A stretch of DNA of 64,000 bases from Balanoglossus misakiensis. Lineage: Eukaryota > Animalia > Hemichordata. Within the stretch, counting starts at the first letter, position 1. Each line of letters opens with the position of its first letter. Under the pieces are notes generated by a model. That model was not told where the DNA came from, did not search any database, and saw only the letters and a program-made list of their open reading frames with translations. Of this stretch, positions 39,679 through 52,404 are shown in pieces. The stretch spans positions 3,364,735 to 3,428,734 of the forward strand of contig CM082592.2 of NCBI GenBank assembly GCA_040954595.2, read 5' to 3'. The position numbers were made by a program, and so were the translations under genes.

Positions 39679-40636
39679 TGAATACTGCAACATTGATAGC
39701 CTTGAGCACAATTTTGGACAGTCAGAATGCTGTTAAATTAAATTAAATGTTATTTAAAATATAATGTAAATTATGTACATCAGAGTAAGAATGTGTTTAA
39801 ATTCTGTATATCAAATTAATTTATTATATTAGCGACACTTACAGAAATCTATTATGATCAATATGACTTACGAATTATTGCTTGTGAACACTGTAAAAGC
39901 TTAAAAATGTTATTTTTTTATTAATGGAGTTAATTGCGTATATTTGGACTGGTGAGACACTTTAGAAGACTACCAGTAAAAAATTTCACATGATCACAAA
40001 ATGGTGTCTACATTTTATTGAATTGCCTAATATCCCATGGATATGTTTACTTACAACTTAATAGTGCAATGTATGCAACAAATTCATGCAAAATGTACAT
40101 GTAGATTTGTACAGTGTCTTTTGAAACTGCAGGGTATATGAGAGTGAAGTATTTCTTAACAGAAATATATGTGATTTTTTCATGAACTTTTAAGGAATTG
40201 GATTGCATGTATCATATCTGTACAGAATTGTAAGGACAATTATAACCATGGTAACTTCAACAGGGGTATAAAAGTATACATTTACTTAATATTGAAATAA
40301 AACGTCCACTGAAAAATCAAAACCATGTAACAATTTCAGTCTATCATAAAAACAAATTTGTAGCAGTGATATTATAATTCAGTTTTTTTCTGTTATGATT
40401 AAGTCACTCCATTTATCAGTGTGATGGAGTTGGGACTATGATTTCGTTACTACATGTATACAAACCATGAACACTTAGACTATTGCTATTATTATAAACT
40501 TTTAAAAACTTTTTGGGGGTGGGGATAATACACAACCAAATACATGAAGGGTCAGCCGAGTGTTGACATCACAATCCCTCTCTTGGCATTACATCTACAT
40601 GTATACATGTATATTCATGTTAACGTTTTTCCACAT

Positions 40637-43634
40637 TTACACCATGCCAAATGTTTCTTTATCATTTGAATGATTCTTCTTCATGTGTAGCTTCAGACTG
40701 CCACTTTGGTTAAATGCTTTCCCACATTCGTTGCATGCGAATGGTCTTTCATTTGAATGGATCCTCATGTGTACCTTCAGATGGCTACCGCGAGTGAACG
40801 TTTTCCCGCATTCACTGCACTGGAAAGGTCTTTCGTTTGAATGGATCCTCATGTGTTCCTTCAGACTGCTACTCCGAGTATATGATTTCCCGCATTCGTT
40901 GCATAAAAAGAGTTTTGCATCCGAATGACTCCTCATGTGTACCTGCAGGTGGCCGTTCTGTTTAAACACCTTCCCACATTCACTGCATAAGTATGGTCTT
41001 TCCTGTGTGTGGATCCTCATGTGTCGGATTAAATCTCCACTCTGCGTAAAACTTTTCTCGCATATACTGCACGCATAGGGTCTTTCGTTTGTATGGGTCC
41101 GCATATGCCTTTTTAGATCTCCAAGCACTTTGAAACTTTTCTCGCATATACTGCACGCACGCGATTTTTCACTTGAATGACTCCTCTTATGTTTTCTCAG
41201 CTCGCAACTCCAACGGAAAGTTTTCCTACATTCTCGGCATAGATACGGTCTGAACTCTGTGTCCGTTCCCACGTGCCTGTGCAGATCTCTACGTCGTTTA
41301 AAAGTTTCCCCACATTCACTGCACGCATACCGTCCTTTACCGGTACACTCAGTGCCTTCAAGTTCCTGTTCATTCGAGCATGCATCTTTCGAGGTGGTGG
41401 CGTTTGTTTCAGACGTTTCAGTCACTTCTTGTGTTTCCGTATCTTTATAACCCAGTAATTCAAAAGCCTGTTCAGACAGTGCTAGAAATGTGTTGTCCCC
41501 CAAACAGTCAGGACTGTTTTGGCTGCTGCATGGCTGTGCCTCGAACTCTTCATTCTCATTGATGGCAGGAGAACGCTCCTCATGTTCTGTTCGTCTCGGG
41601 CGCCGTCCCGTTTTCCCATCATGATGCATTCCCTCCGTTCTCCTAAGTTTTTGCGCGACATCTCCACTGCTGACATCATCATCCAAGGGGCTCATTTCAA
41701 TATAGCCATAGTGTATCAGGGTGTTCATAATCAGTAACACGTCTGTTGGATGAAAACACACACCTGGAATTGTTGGAAACATTGTGTCAAAGGTAAAAAA
41801 ATAAATAATTGTTGATTTAAGCTGAACCAAATCAGTCTATATGCAGATTACATGCAGGCAGTTAGCAACAGTACTGCTGCAGTTATGGTTGTTTATTTGA
41901 TGTTACAATTGCATGTTTATATAAAAGAAGAAATAAAAATAGTGGTGACGTGAAATGTTCTCTCTGCTTTTCCTGGGTAGTAGCCATCCTCATGGGCGGA
42001 AGAAGCAATTTATGTTGTTGTTTGTTGTTGTTTTCGGGGAGGGGGGGGGGGCAAATGTAACCAAAATTCTGGTGAATGAACAATAAAATTTTAAACCGAA
42101 CTACAAAAAAATTGTCCTTAGCACATCACGACAAAAGACAGTAGGCAATGTTCAGATGCAGGAAAATTCAAAAAGCTCCCTATGCGGTAACTTTTCGCTG
42201 GACGAGTATCTACTGCAGATTCTTGTTCAAATTCCTGAAACATGATGAAATACCCAGCAACACTTTTCTAAGCAATGGCATACGCATGAAACAGGGTTCA
42301 TGCTGGTTTTGTTTGGGTTGCAAAAGACAAGAAACGGCAGGACAGATACTAGATTTTTTTAAGTCCTACTTACCATCAGTGGACTCTACACCATGTTCAA
42401 AATGATGCCTTACTTTGCTATGAGATGCTTCCAACAGTCTGCCAAGTTCATGTAACGTATCGGAATTTATGTACTCTTTGCACACTTCAGAACATTCTGG
42501 AATAATAAGGAATATAATCATTAATTAATAGGGGAAAATACTGCTGCTCCAGAAGATTTAATCGTGAAAACCATTCTACGCATGTTTTTTTTTAAAAATC
42601 TGAGACACACTTTGTTTGTTAGCAATGTTTCCTCCAGAGCATGGTCTAGCATCTTTTGACATAAAAATATACAGCATGTCACCTTAAAATTCCTGGTGTG
42701 TGAAATGGGGACCCACTGATAAAAAAAACACAAATTTATGCATACGAGTGGTTCGGACTTTAGACAAAGTTATACTGGGGTAGGCAGGGAATGTACTTGT
42801 ATAAAACTGAATTTTGGCAGGGCTGTGGTGGAGGCCGTGTAAAGCCGGGAAGACACATACCTGGTACGCGGAGCCACCCTTACAACCTACAGACAGGAAA
42901 GTGGTTAGATGAAGTTCAAGGTTTCTATTCGTTTCTGCCCCTAAGCTTTTCGCCCCAGTCGTTTTGGCCCCCAATTTTTCACAACCCCAGTCGATTAGGC
43001 CCCGACACCACAGTTATAGGCAGCCTTACGTGCAATTGACTGTACCTACAGCCAACTTTGCATGTAGTTGGGCTAGGGAGCTCAGCTGATAAGTGCCGAA
43101 ACGACCGGGGTCGTGAAAATTGGGGGCCGAAACAACTGGGGTCGAAAAGCTTAGGGCCGAAACAGACCTGTTCCCTAGCTGCAATGATTGTAGCGGCCGG
43201 TGCTGCTTGGTTGACTGGTGTGCATCTAGCAGCACCCGCTACAATCATTGCAGCTAACCTGTTCCCCAGTTCAGTAGCTCGAGGTTTTGCTTTGTTTGTG
43301 TGTTGGGCGGCAGAACCCGACAATTAAAAACCTCAAGCTACCGAACTGCGGCTAGGAAGTGTTAGGGCTACGGACTCGCAGCAAGCCGAATCATAGCTGC
43401 AATAATTGTAGCCTTGGTGGTCTGGTTTGATCGCGCTGAATTAATAGTCGAGTGTGAACAATACAGTACATGTGTACACATGGAGTGTGTGTTTCGACCT
43501 CAATAGAAACAGATGTAATACTATTATAGATACATACCAGCACTTGTCAAGTGGTTACAAATGAGAAATGAACTTCTTGATGAGGCGTCCACCCGGTTCC
43601 TGCCTGTAGAAGTGTTCATTTTCACGTCCTCCAT
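40637..43634 (-). CDS. C2H2 zinc-finger protein (8 fingers, the first degenerate)
   Basis: The final exon 41763-40637 holds tandem CxxC-x12-HxxxH fingers with ERPY/F linkers. Upstream phase-1 exons 42496-42374 (CSEVCKEYINSD...) and 43634-43538 (MEDVKMNTST...) were inferred from splice signals. Confidence 0.85.
42930..43165. mobile_element. Palindromic MITE built of ~15-bp subrepeats
   Basis: gtttctgcccctaagcttttcgccccagtcgttttggccccc ... gggggccgaaacaactggggtcgaaaagcttagggccgaaac. Confidence 0.6.
43176..43256. mobile_element. 81-bp TAG...CTA mini-transposon with 10-bp TSD (AcademH-like)
   Basis: acctgttccc|TAGCTGCAATGATTGTAGCGG ... CCGCTACAATCATTGCAGCTA|acctgttccc. Confidence 0.85.
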
Positions 43635-43704
43635 ATCAATTATAATCACCACAGTCTCTCTGTGATTTTACAAAATACAATGGATGAAAGAAAGGTCACG
43701 AACC

Positions 43705-43925
43705 GCGAGGTCAACGAATCGCGCCACCTGGCGGTTGAGAGCGGAAAGGGGGATACGACGGCAAGGGATCATCCATTATTTTTAGGGAGGGTCGAGGGGG
43801 AAGTGACAAGGTATGATCCTGTTATGTTCAGGTTGATTATAAATCAGTTATTTATTGAGTTTGTATTATTTTGGGCACATCGCATGAGGGTTTTTATAAT
43901 TACAAGCAGACTGCTTCTAAGTCAT
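43705..43925 (+). repeat. Dispersed ~220-bp repeat; second copy at about 52138-52345
   Basis: Both copies share cgcgaggtca..gcgccacct..gagcggaaagg..agggatcatccattattt..gggagggtcga..caagcagact. Confidence 0.75.
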
Positions 43926-44470
43926 ACGAGCCGTCGCCGTGTTACAGCCCTATTCTGTGCTATATAATAGGCCCTATGCAACAGTGAATTTGCATGATGT
44001 CGATGTTTACTGATTCACCATGAAGTACATGCGTTTATGTTTGTCTTCGATTGTCCATTTTGTTTTTATCATCTTTAATAAAAGTGTTATTACGAAATTC
44101 AGAATTTGTTATTTAGTATTTTAGAGTGTTAGTGAACCCATGTTGTAAGTGGACTCCTTCACCTGGTATTCATTTGCAATGGCAATACTTAATTTGTTGT
44201 GGTCCAGACAAGGCGACACGCCCCTGTGGTCTGGACCTTCGAGCGAGTGTTTGTGTGGATAGGTGCGGGTGGACCTAGACTCTCTCACAGCCCACGGTTC
44301 GCTACAACAAGCTCCGCACTGATGCGCCCTCAACCGTTTGGCAAGGGAGAAGAACCGTTTGGTGTTGTGTAGCGAACCTCTCGCCGGGCACACATGCAAT
44401 TAGTCTCGGTTACCCAGAGCCCTCTGCTTCTTCCGTTAGGCACTACAGAAAGAGGGTCTGGGGAAACCTG

Positions 44471-44979
44471 GGGTGCGTTCGACGCACAAAGCGTTTTGTG
44501 AATGCTTGCGCAGGGCGCTTTTGTACTTCGTCGAACGATAAGCTTGCCTCTCACAAGAGGGCGCCGTCAATGACCTTTGGCTTTTCAGAGACAGCGGCCG
44601 TCAGCAATAACGTCCCGGTGCGCATACAAGGACATGATTCCGGAAGTGCATACCCCTTTTAAACCGTTTTACACAAGACAGTAGCGGCACAATCCATGTC
44701 AATTGGTTTATTGATTGAGAAAAAATACAAGCTTTCGCTTGGTAAAACTATCACTACCTAAATCGACAAATATTCCGCTACTTCTTCGAAAATATGCCCT
44801 GCGAGTCGTAATTCGGCTTACATGTCCGCCATTTTGAATTAATGAGATGTTCGCCGCGAGTCACCTCCGTCTTACGCCTTCCATTGTTACAAAACGTTCG
44901 CGAAAAACAAAGACAAAAGATCGTTCGACATGAAAACGTTTCCGAACGTTCCCGAACGCTTCGTACGTCGAACGCACCC
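44471..44979. mobile_element. GGGTGCGTTCGACG TIR element inserted in the left TIR of 44401-47091 (PIF/Harbinger-like)
   Basis: ctg|GGGTGCGTTCGACG ... CGTCGAACGCACCC|ccg. The opposite TIR shows the empty site aaacccgatagac, implying a 3-bp TSD with one transition. Confidence 0.8.
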
Positions 44980-45179
44980 CCGGTAGACAAATCGCCAGGC
45001 GGAATCTGGACAGCTGCGATGCATGACGGGAGATTAATATTCGATACGATATTATGATATGACGATATTAGAAAACTATTTACCAAACTTCTCTCTCTCT
45101 TTTCAGTTTGTATACAGTTTTAGCAGGTCTAGCACTTCTCAGCATGTTTTCTTTATCGTATGTCATACATGTCGGCCGT

Positions 45180-45503
45180 TAGTCTCGGTTACCCAGACGC
45201 CTTTGCTTCTTCCGATGCTCTCCAGAAAAGGGTCTGGGGAAATGCTATTGAAAGCTTTGTAAAACAAAATGGCCGATGTCAGGATTTTGATCATCGCCTG
45301 ATTGGTTGAGCTGTCAGTATGACCCGGGTCACTGCGATAGTTTCGACAATCGTCTACCAAAGATATTTCATATAATTTCTCCAACAATGCTAACAGAGGA
45401 CGCCTTTTGCCTTTCGCATCAACCAACAAGTACCAGTCTCTTGATATGAAGATACCACAGGGAACTCAGTAATTTTGTTATTGTTATTGTTGTTGTTATT
45501 ATT

Positions 45504-45560
<57 letters not shown>

Positions 45561-46653
45561 AAGATTGGTAATAAAATTTAAAAAAAAATCAATGTGTCAT
45601 TTCTTGCTATGTTTGTCGATGTTGTAGATAACTGTAAAAAAAAAAACCAACCATAATCGTGGAAAACACGACCTAGGTCGCCGAATGTCACTACCGTCTT
45701 ACATACAGGCAAGGGTGGAATCCACATGCCCTGATCTAGGCTCATGGGCCACCTTCAAGGCCCTGAAAAATCACCCCATTCACCAGCGAGCGATTAAATT
45801 ATGCCACCATAGGCATTGAAATTTATCTCACTGACCTAATTTGGGCTTCACTTCATCTATCGACCTGCAAACGAGTGGAAAAACGGCGATTTCCAAGTCG
45901 TACCCAGTCAAATTCAATCACATTTGAATGACGCGACCGGTGGTGATGGCTCCATTTCTCTGCCTATTTAAATTGACCAATCGGGCGCCCTGTAAAGGCT
46001 GCCTCGGCCACCGCTCAACTCGTACGAGCAACACCCGGAAGTGTACGTTCTGACTATCGACTGCACTGTATTCAAGACGTAAAATGGTAGATTTTATGAC
46101 AAAGTTGGGAAGTATCCATTTATCTGTATGACTCTTAAGGTTTCGCCTCCTTTTTTTCGCGTTATTTTGAACGCAGTTACACGTACTCGTACGAGTTGAG
46201 CGGTGGCCGAGGCAGCCTTTACAGGGCGCCCGATTGGTCAATTTAAATAGGCAGAGAAATGGAGCCATCACCACCGGTCGCGTCATTCAAATGTGATTGA
46301 ATTTGACTGGGTACGACTTGGAAATCGCCGTTTTTCCACTCGTTTGCAGGTCGATAGATGAAGTGAAGCCCAAATTAGGTCAGTGAGATAAATTTCAATG
46401 CCTATGGTGGCATAATTTAATCGCTCGCTGGTGAATGGGGTGATTTTTCAGGGCCTTGAAGGTGGCCCATGAGCCTAGATCAGGGCATGTGGATTCCACC
46501 CTTGCCTGTATGTAAGACGGTAGTGACATTCGGCGACCTAGGTCGTGTTTTCCACGATTATGGTTGGGTTTTTTTTTTACAGTTATCTACAACATCGACA
46601 AACATAGCAAGAAATGACACATTGATTTTTTTTTAAATTTTATTACCAATCTT

Positions 46654-46692
<39 letters not shown>

Positions 46693-46923
46693 AACAACAA
46701 CAATAACAATAACAAAATTACTGAGTTCCCTGTGAAGATACGACAAATAATCACACATTGTCGAGAGTCAGTGACCCGGGTCATACTGACAGCTCAGCCA
46801 ATCAGGCGATGATCAAAATCCTGACATCGGCCATTTTGTTTTACAAAGCTTTCAATAGCATTTCCCCAGACCCTTTTCTGGAGAGTATCGGAAGAAGCAA
46901 AGGCGTCTGGGTAACCGAGACTA
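45180..46923. mobile_element. Third-level TAGTCTCGGTTACCCAGAC element with 9-bp TSD gtcggccgt (AcademH-like)
   Basis: TSD at 45171-45179 and 46924-46932; TIRs of about 155 bp. Confidence 0.9.
45456..46734. mobile_element. Innermost foldback element: ~550-570-bp TIRs, CAC..GTG ends, 7-bp TSD aagatac (P/Galileo-like)
   Basis: Arms 45456-46028 and 46186-46734 are near-perfect reverse complements apart from (GTT)n and homopolymer length. Spacer is 157 bp. TSD at 45449-45455 and 46735-46741. Confidence 0.88.
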
Positions 46924-48312
46924 GTCGGCCGTGGGTTCGCGCGCAGGACGTCGCCATTTTGGAATATTAATCTCCCGTCATGCATCGCAGCTGTCCCGAT
47001 TCCGCCTGGCGATTTGTCTATCGGGTTTCCCCAGACCCTCTTTCTGGAGTGCCTAACGGAAGAAGCAGAGGGCTCTGGGTAACCGAGACTAACATGCAAT
47101 CAGACCATAAGCCTGCATGGACAGCGAGAGGGGTTGTGAGAGAGTCTAGGGTGGACCGAGAGCATGGTGTCTGATCAAAGTTAACAGCCTGCCCCTTTAC
47201 GCAAATCCCATTCGCATTTTCTCTCAATAAAAGTCATAAAGTCGCCTGTGTGGATACTGACTTTTGGCGCGAACACTTTAATATGACGTATAGAATTTAC
47301 CGAGTCGTTATCAAAATGCTGTTGTGTTTTCAAAAGATTATTCAAGCTCCAATGATTCCAATTTATGTTTACTCTATCTTGACCCAATATATTGTGTTCA
47401 CATTATTTTATCGGGAGATATGTGGACAGAAGAAATTAAATTAAGGGACATTAACCGAAGCGTAACATTCAATTAGAGAATGTACATATTTAATATGTAA
47501 AATTGTATTTGTACAATGTGTTTTGTAAAATATCTTATTAACAAAAGTGACGTTGGTCTGACGTTTGTTGACATTCACTTGAACGACACAGCTGGCAGGT
47601 AAAGACGCGGGGACCTTTATTTTGTTTGAAAGTCTTTACAGGCAGTCCTGGACCAGATGTTTAGTGACGTCTTTGCTAAAATTCCAGTGTTGATAATGTG
47701 TCAAAGAAAGTCAGTCTTACAGTAGTTTCGTTCTGTGCTTTTATTGATAAAATTTCCATAATGTAACGGCCATATGACATCTGACCGGACGTGTTGAAGC
47801 TAAGAACATACTGTAAAGCGGGAAATGTTCGCGATATCAAAAGTGGCAACTGTTACGCGAGGATTTATTTTCGCGTGCTCGTATTTCAGTAACTGCATCG
47901 TTATCTTCGAAAACATGAAACCGCAAGCATTTTAATAATTAATCTTCACTTTCAAACTGAAAACATTTTATTGCCGGTGTGTTTAATTTTCGCTTTTTTT
48001 TTTTGCTCTCGTGTATTTCGCGAAAATTTATTGCCCGAGAAAATAATCCATACGCGTTTTACAGTACATGTATATAGAATTAATTTCCACGAATAAGTTG
48101 CATGGGCTGGAACCATGCTGACAGACACCGTGTTTCCGTTACCACCACAAATCATACAGGGGACACGGAAAACCGAATTTGCACAATGCTTAGCAACATT
48201 TGCACATTGATAAATCATCAAGTTGTTTATAGCGTTTGAAAACACGGACCAACTGGATAAAAGAGGGGCATAATCGCTGCTACGAAAACACAACTCCAAA
48301 AGGCTGAGGAGG

Positions 48313-49782
48313 ATGGCACGGCCAAAATCGTTTGCAGGATTTCTCCTGTTTGTACTCTTGATCAACGCCTCAAAATGCGACCAACCGGATCGTGAAGGTA
48401 AATGCATTAGCTTAACTTTTTACAGATGTTTTTTTTCACACGGCCACATAAGATCATCTTCACACATGACACATGCAAACAAGTGCGCGGCATAGTGACA
48501 GAATCGGGCCATAGGAGGGATCACCACGTATACAAAAATGAAGTTACCGTATGTGTCATCTGAAAACGTTTTTTTGTTATCTCCAGTCTCTGCCAATTTC
48601 AATTTTCACCTGTCTGATTTTGATTTTGCACTGTGTTATTATTACAGTTTGTGAAAGGAAATGGGACCATTTTAAAGGCAAATGCTACTACCCTTACCTA
48701 TACCATCTGTACACTTACGACGAGGCAAAGAGAGTCTGTGTTGGGCTTGACGGTTCCTTGGTCAAGATAAGCAGCGTCGAAGAGAACTTATTTTTGAAGG
48801 GTAAGATATCCATATGCTGTCTTTTCATAACTGTTAAAGGGCAACAATCGATCTATGGACTTCTAAAAAATCCGAGACACACTTTGTATGACAGCTACGT
48901 TAGTAAGTCCTTGAGTAGTAGCAGTGAGGTATTTTTGATTTACTGAACGCGTGTGTACTTATTTCGTACATGACAGGTTACACCCAAGGCACTAAAACCC
49001 TTTGGATCGGGGCAAATGACTTGCAGTATGAGGGAAGATGGAGGTGGGAAGATGGGACGCTGGTAAGTACATGTACTTACATTTTACTCTACACTAGTCT
49101 ACTATAATTTATTTGAGGTTATTTCCCTCCACGCATATGGCTCAAGTAATTCATGAAATAAAAAGACTCACTATCCGGTTATTATATTATTCAACAGCTT
49201 CAGAATATGGAGATGCCTCATTACAGACCCATCCAACTTTTTTTAACAAATGCACAAATAACTATTTTTATTACTTGTGCAGTTCTAATATCATAAACAT
49301 GCCTGATTTTTTTTCATTTCTTGCTCAGTGAAATAACCTGTCAAGATAGAGTGTGACATTTTGTCACGGTTCACTCCATATGTATCCAGATTGGCCCTAG
49401 GCCTGCAAGACAAATTAATGCGCTTGTCTTTCAACAGATTACATACAATAATTGGGCACCTAATGAACCAAATAATCAAGGAAATGAAGATTGTGGCTAC
49501 ATGCATACAACCACTGGAAAATGGAATGATGTGTCATGCACACGGCGCTATGGTTTTATTTGTGAAAGGGATATAAGTAAGTATATTATATATTATTATG
49601 GTTGTTGTGTCATGTTCATCTGAACAAGCACATGCATCGAATCGACCGAGTGTGATTATTTACATAGGCATCGGGAACATAAAGTGAACGGGGTGGGATT
49701 AAAAGAATGACAGTGAAGGAAAGCGAAGGATAGTGGAGGAAAGTCACGCAATCTGGCTGCAATGAAATCTTACTGTTGTCGC

Positions 49783-49852
<70 letters not shown>

Positions 49853-51213
49853 GTGGTGGTCACGGTGGTGGTTGTGGTGGTGTTGATGATGGGATCAAAT
49901 AATTTAGACTTTTGATGTTGCCCTTAGAGTAGGCGATTCAAGAAGAATGCATTTATCATTATTTTCTCAACAAATACTGTCAATTTTGTCCTTCCCCAGT
50001 CTGTACAGTTACCGATGTTGGCATGGAAAGCGGTGCCATTACGAACTCACGGATAACCGCGAGCTGTTACTCCAATTCTCTTTCAATGCCCTACCAAGGA
50101 AGGTTGAATTTTCATGATGTGGGTCGTTATGCAGCTTGGCGCTCCGGAAGCAACTACGTGGGGCGGTGGTTAAACATCGACCTTGGTTACAACAGAAGGG
50201 TCACCAAAGTGGCAACACAGGTACAGTGCTAGCGCCCCCATACATATTATAATGTCTCGCGTACATTCTTTGGTACGAATTCGTTCATCACACAGGTTCC
50301 CGTTACGATAAATAAACGTCAATATTCAGCGTCGGCATTCTGCATGAAGAAAAAAGCTCCCTACCAAATTACTTAACAACTACAAGTCAACAATCCACCA
50401 AAGTATTTTTTCAACAATTCTTTTGAAAGAAATTCACTAACTCTTTACACTCTCAATATCACTGTGTTTTGTAACTAATTAATCTTTTCTGTAATGTATG
50501 AGAAAATTCCAGTACATAGGGCTAGAGGCCTACAATGCAAGTTTAATAAACTATAATTATTATATTATTTAACAAGTAATACTCAACAATCGTTCGTTTC
50601 ATAATCAAGGGACGTGGTGATGCGGACGAGTGGGTGAAGTCGTATAAGTTGAGGTACATTGATCGTTATACTTGGAGGTATGTGACCGATTCCTCTGGAA
50701 GCACAAAGGTAGGTTTTACCGTTACATATTATGTTCGCTCTTTGTAACAGACAAAATGTTGTAAACTCATACCGTTAAAATCGCAGGATCTAAAGGTCAC
50801 ATGTTAAGGTATAAAGTCATCGTACGCATTGCTTGCGGTATCTGTTTAATTGTGTCACAATTCAGGAGACGATAATTGAGATTTTTCTCGTCAGATTTGG
50901 CCAACCCAATGTTGTTCAAGTGTTGCCAGAGCTGCTGCCTTTCGCAGTCACCCAGTTAATCACAGATGCTTTCACGAAAAATATCCGTCCCCTGTATATC
51001 ATCCAAGGCCTCTTGTTTTCGCTAAATCGGTTGCAGTATTAAAAGTCGTTTTGTTCATTTGCATTTCAGCTGTTTTCTGGGAACTTTGACAGAAACACAA
51101 TTGTCTACCATGACTTCTTCAACGACGCTTTCGTCGCTCAACACGTTCGATTCTACCCAGTGACATGGCACAGACATATGTCGTTGAGAGTCGAACTCTA
51201 CGCTTGCGAATAA
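48313..51213 (+). CDS. Secreted C-type lectin + F5/8 type C (discoidin) domain protein, paralog 1
   Basis: Exons 48313-48397, 48648-48800, 48977-49062, 49438-49576, 50000-50220, 50610-50708, 51070-51213. Signal peptide present. CTLD motifs: WIGAND, EPN, EDC, WND. F5/8C motifs: GMESGAI, WLNIDLG, ATQGR, WVKSY, RFYP, LRVELYAC. AATAAA at 51321. Confidence 0.92.
49782..49860. repeat. (GAT)n microsatellite
   Basis: Visible; a longer counterpart lies at 60533-60720. Confidence 0.95.
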
Positions 51214-51403
51214 CATAGTCATAAAGAACACAGTAAAAATGCATGTACCTTTAGGCGCATAATTTGAAGACGAATTCTTTGCATTCTTTACTGAAAGTAG
51301 CAATACGAATTTGATTCAGCAATAAAAATATAGCTTGCATAAAATTTACATTATGCGTTTGTCTTTTTATATTTATTTACTGTAGAAGCAAAGTTGTAAC
51401 TGC

Positions 51404-51708
51404 GTATGTATGTATGTATGTATGTATGTATGTATGTATGTATGTATGTATGTATGTATGTATGTATGTATGTATGTATGTATGTATGTATGTATGTATG
51501 TATGTATGTATGTATGTATGTATGTATGTATGTATGTATGTATGTATGTATGTATGTATGTATGTATGTATGTATGTATGTATGTATGTATGTATGTATG
51601 TATGTACGATGTATGTATGTATGTATGTATGTATGTATGTATGTATGTATGTATGTATGTATGTATGTATGTATGTATGTATGTATGTATGTATGTATGT
51701 ATGTATGT
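51404..51708. repeat. (GTAT)n microsatellite
   Basis: Visible; counterpart at 62029-62316. Confidence 0.97.
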
Positions 51709-52404
51709 ACAGTCGGTCATGCACGATAAACTCATTGTAAAAAGGGTTACATATTTGTAAGTTGATCTCAACTGAATATACCAAAAGTGGGAATATACAA
51801 ATCTTAGCACAGAGCAGATTAGATTTTACACATACCGAGTATACGACTAAATTGAAATCAGACACTTGTTTTCCCACAGTCAAGGTACTATGTTTGGTTG
51901 GTTGGTGGGTGGAGATATGGATGGATAGATAGATGGATGGATGGACTGTTGGGATGGTGGAGTGATGAATGGGTGGATGGCTGGGCTACGATGGACATTG
52001 CAACCAAGTTTGACCTCATTGCAATCATTCAGTTGTTGTTCATACAATGTGCCAGTCAGATCTACCAGGCAACGTTATTACGCTTGAATGGCGACCGTTT
52101 GTATTTTTCTTTTCAGAAGAAAATTATATCCATAATATCCGCGAGGTCAGTGAAGCGCGCCACCTATCGGTTAAGAGCGGAAAGGCGGATACGCCGGAAA
52201 GGGATCATCCATTATTTCTAGGGAGGGTCGATGGGAAGTGACAAGACATGATCCTGTTATTTTTAGGTTATTATAAATCAGTATGTATTATTTTGGGCAA
52301 GTCGCATGATGTTTGTTATAATTACAAGCAGACTCCTTCTAAGTCAATGTGTTACCACGTTGGTCGTTCGTGTTGGGGGTGGGGCATGGGGGTGGGGTGT
52401 CTTA

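Larger units (their letters stand above)
44401..47091. mobile_element. Second-level TAGTCTCGGTTACCCAGAG element with 9-bp TSD acatgcaat (AcademH-like)
   Basis: TSD at 44392-44400 and 47092-47100. TIRs are about 130 bp; the left one is interrupted by 44471-44979. Confidence 0.9.
44276..47148. mobile_element. Outermost element of the nest: TAGACTCTC MITE with 9-bp TSD gggtggacc (AcademH-like)
   Basis: TSD at 44267-44275 and 47149-47157. An uninterrupted 170-bp sister copy lies at 55454-55623. Confidence 0.9.
47283..51871 (+). repeat. Segmental duplication copy 1 (~4.6 kb); copy 2 at about 58253-62793
   Basis: Upstream region, exons, introns, the intronic (GAT)n and the downstream (GTAT)n are all shared. 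Confidence 0.92.

Noticed and set aside
46029-46185. Transposase remnant in the foldback spacer
   Set aside because: Only a 16-codon ATG-initiated stretch with no THAP or DDE features.
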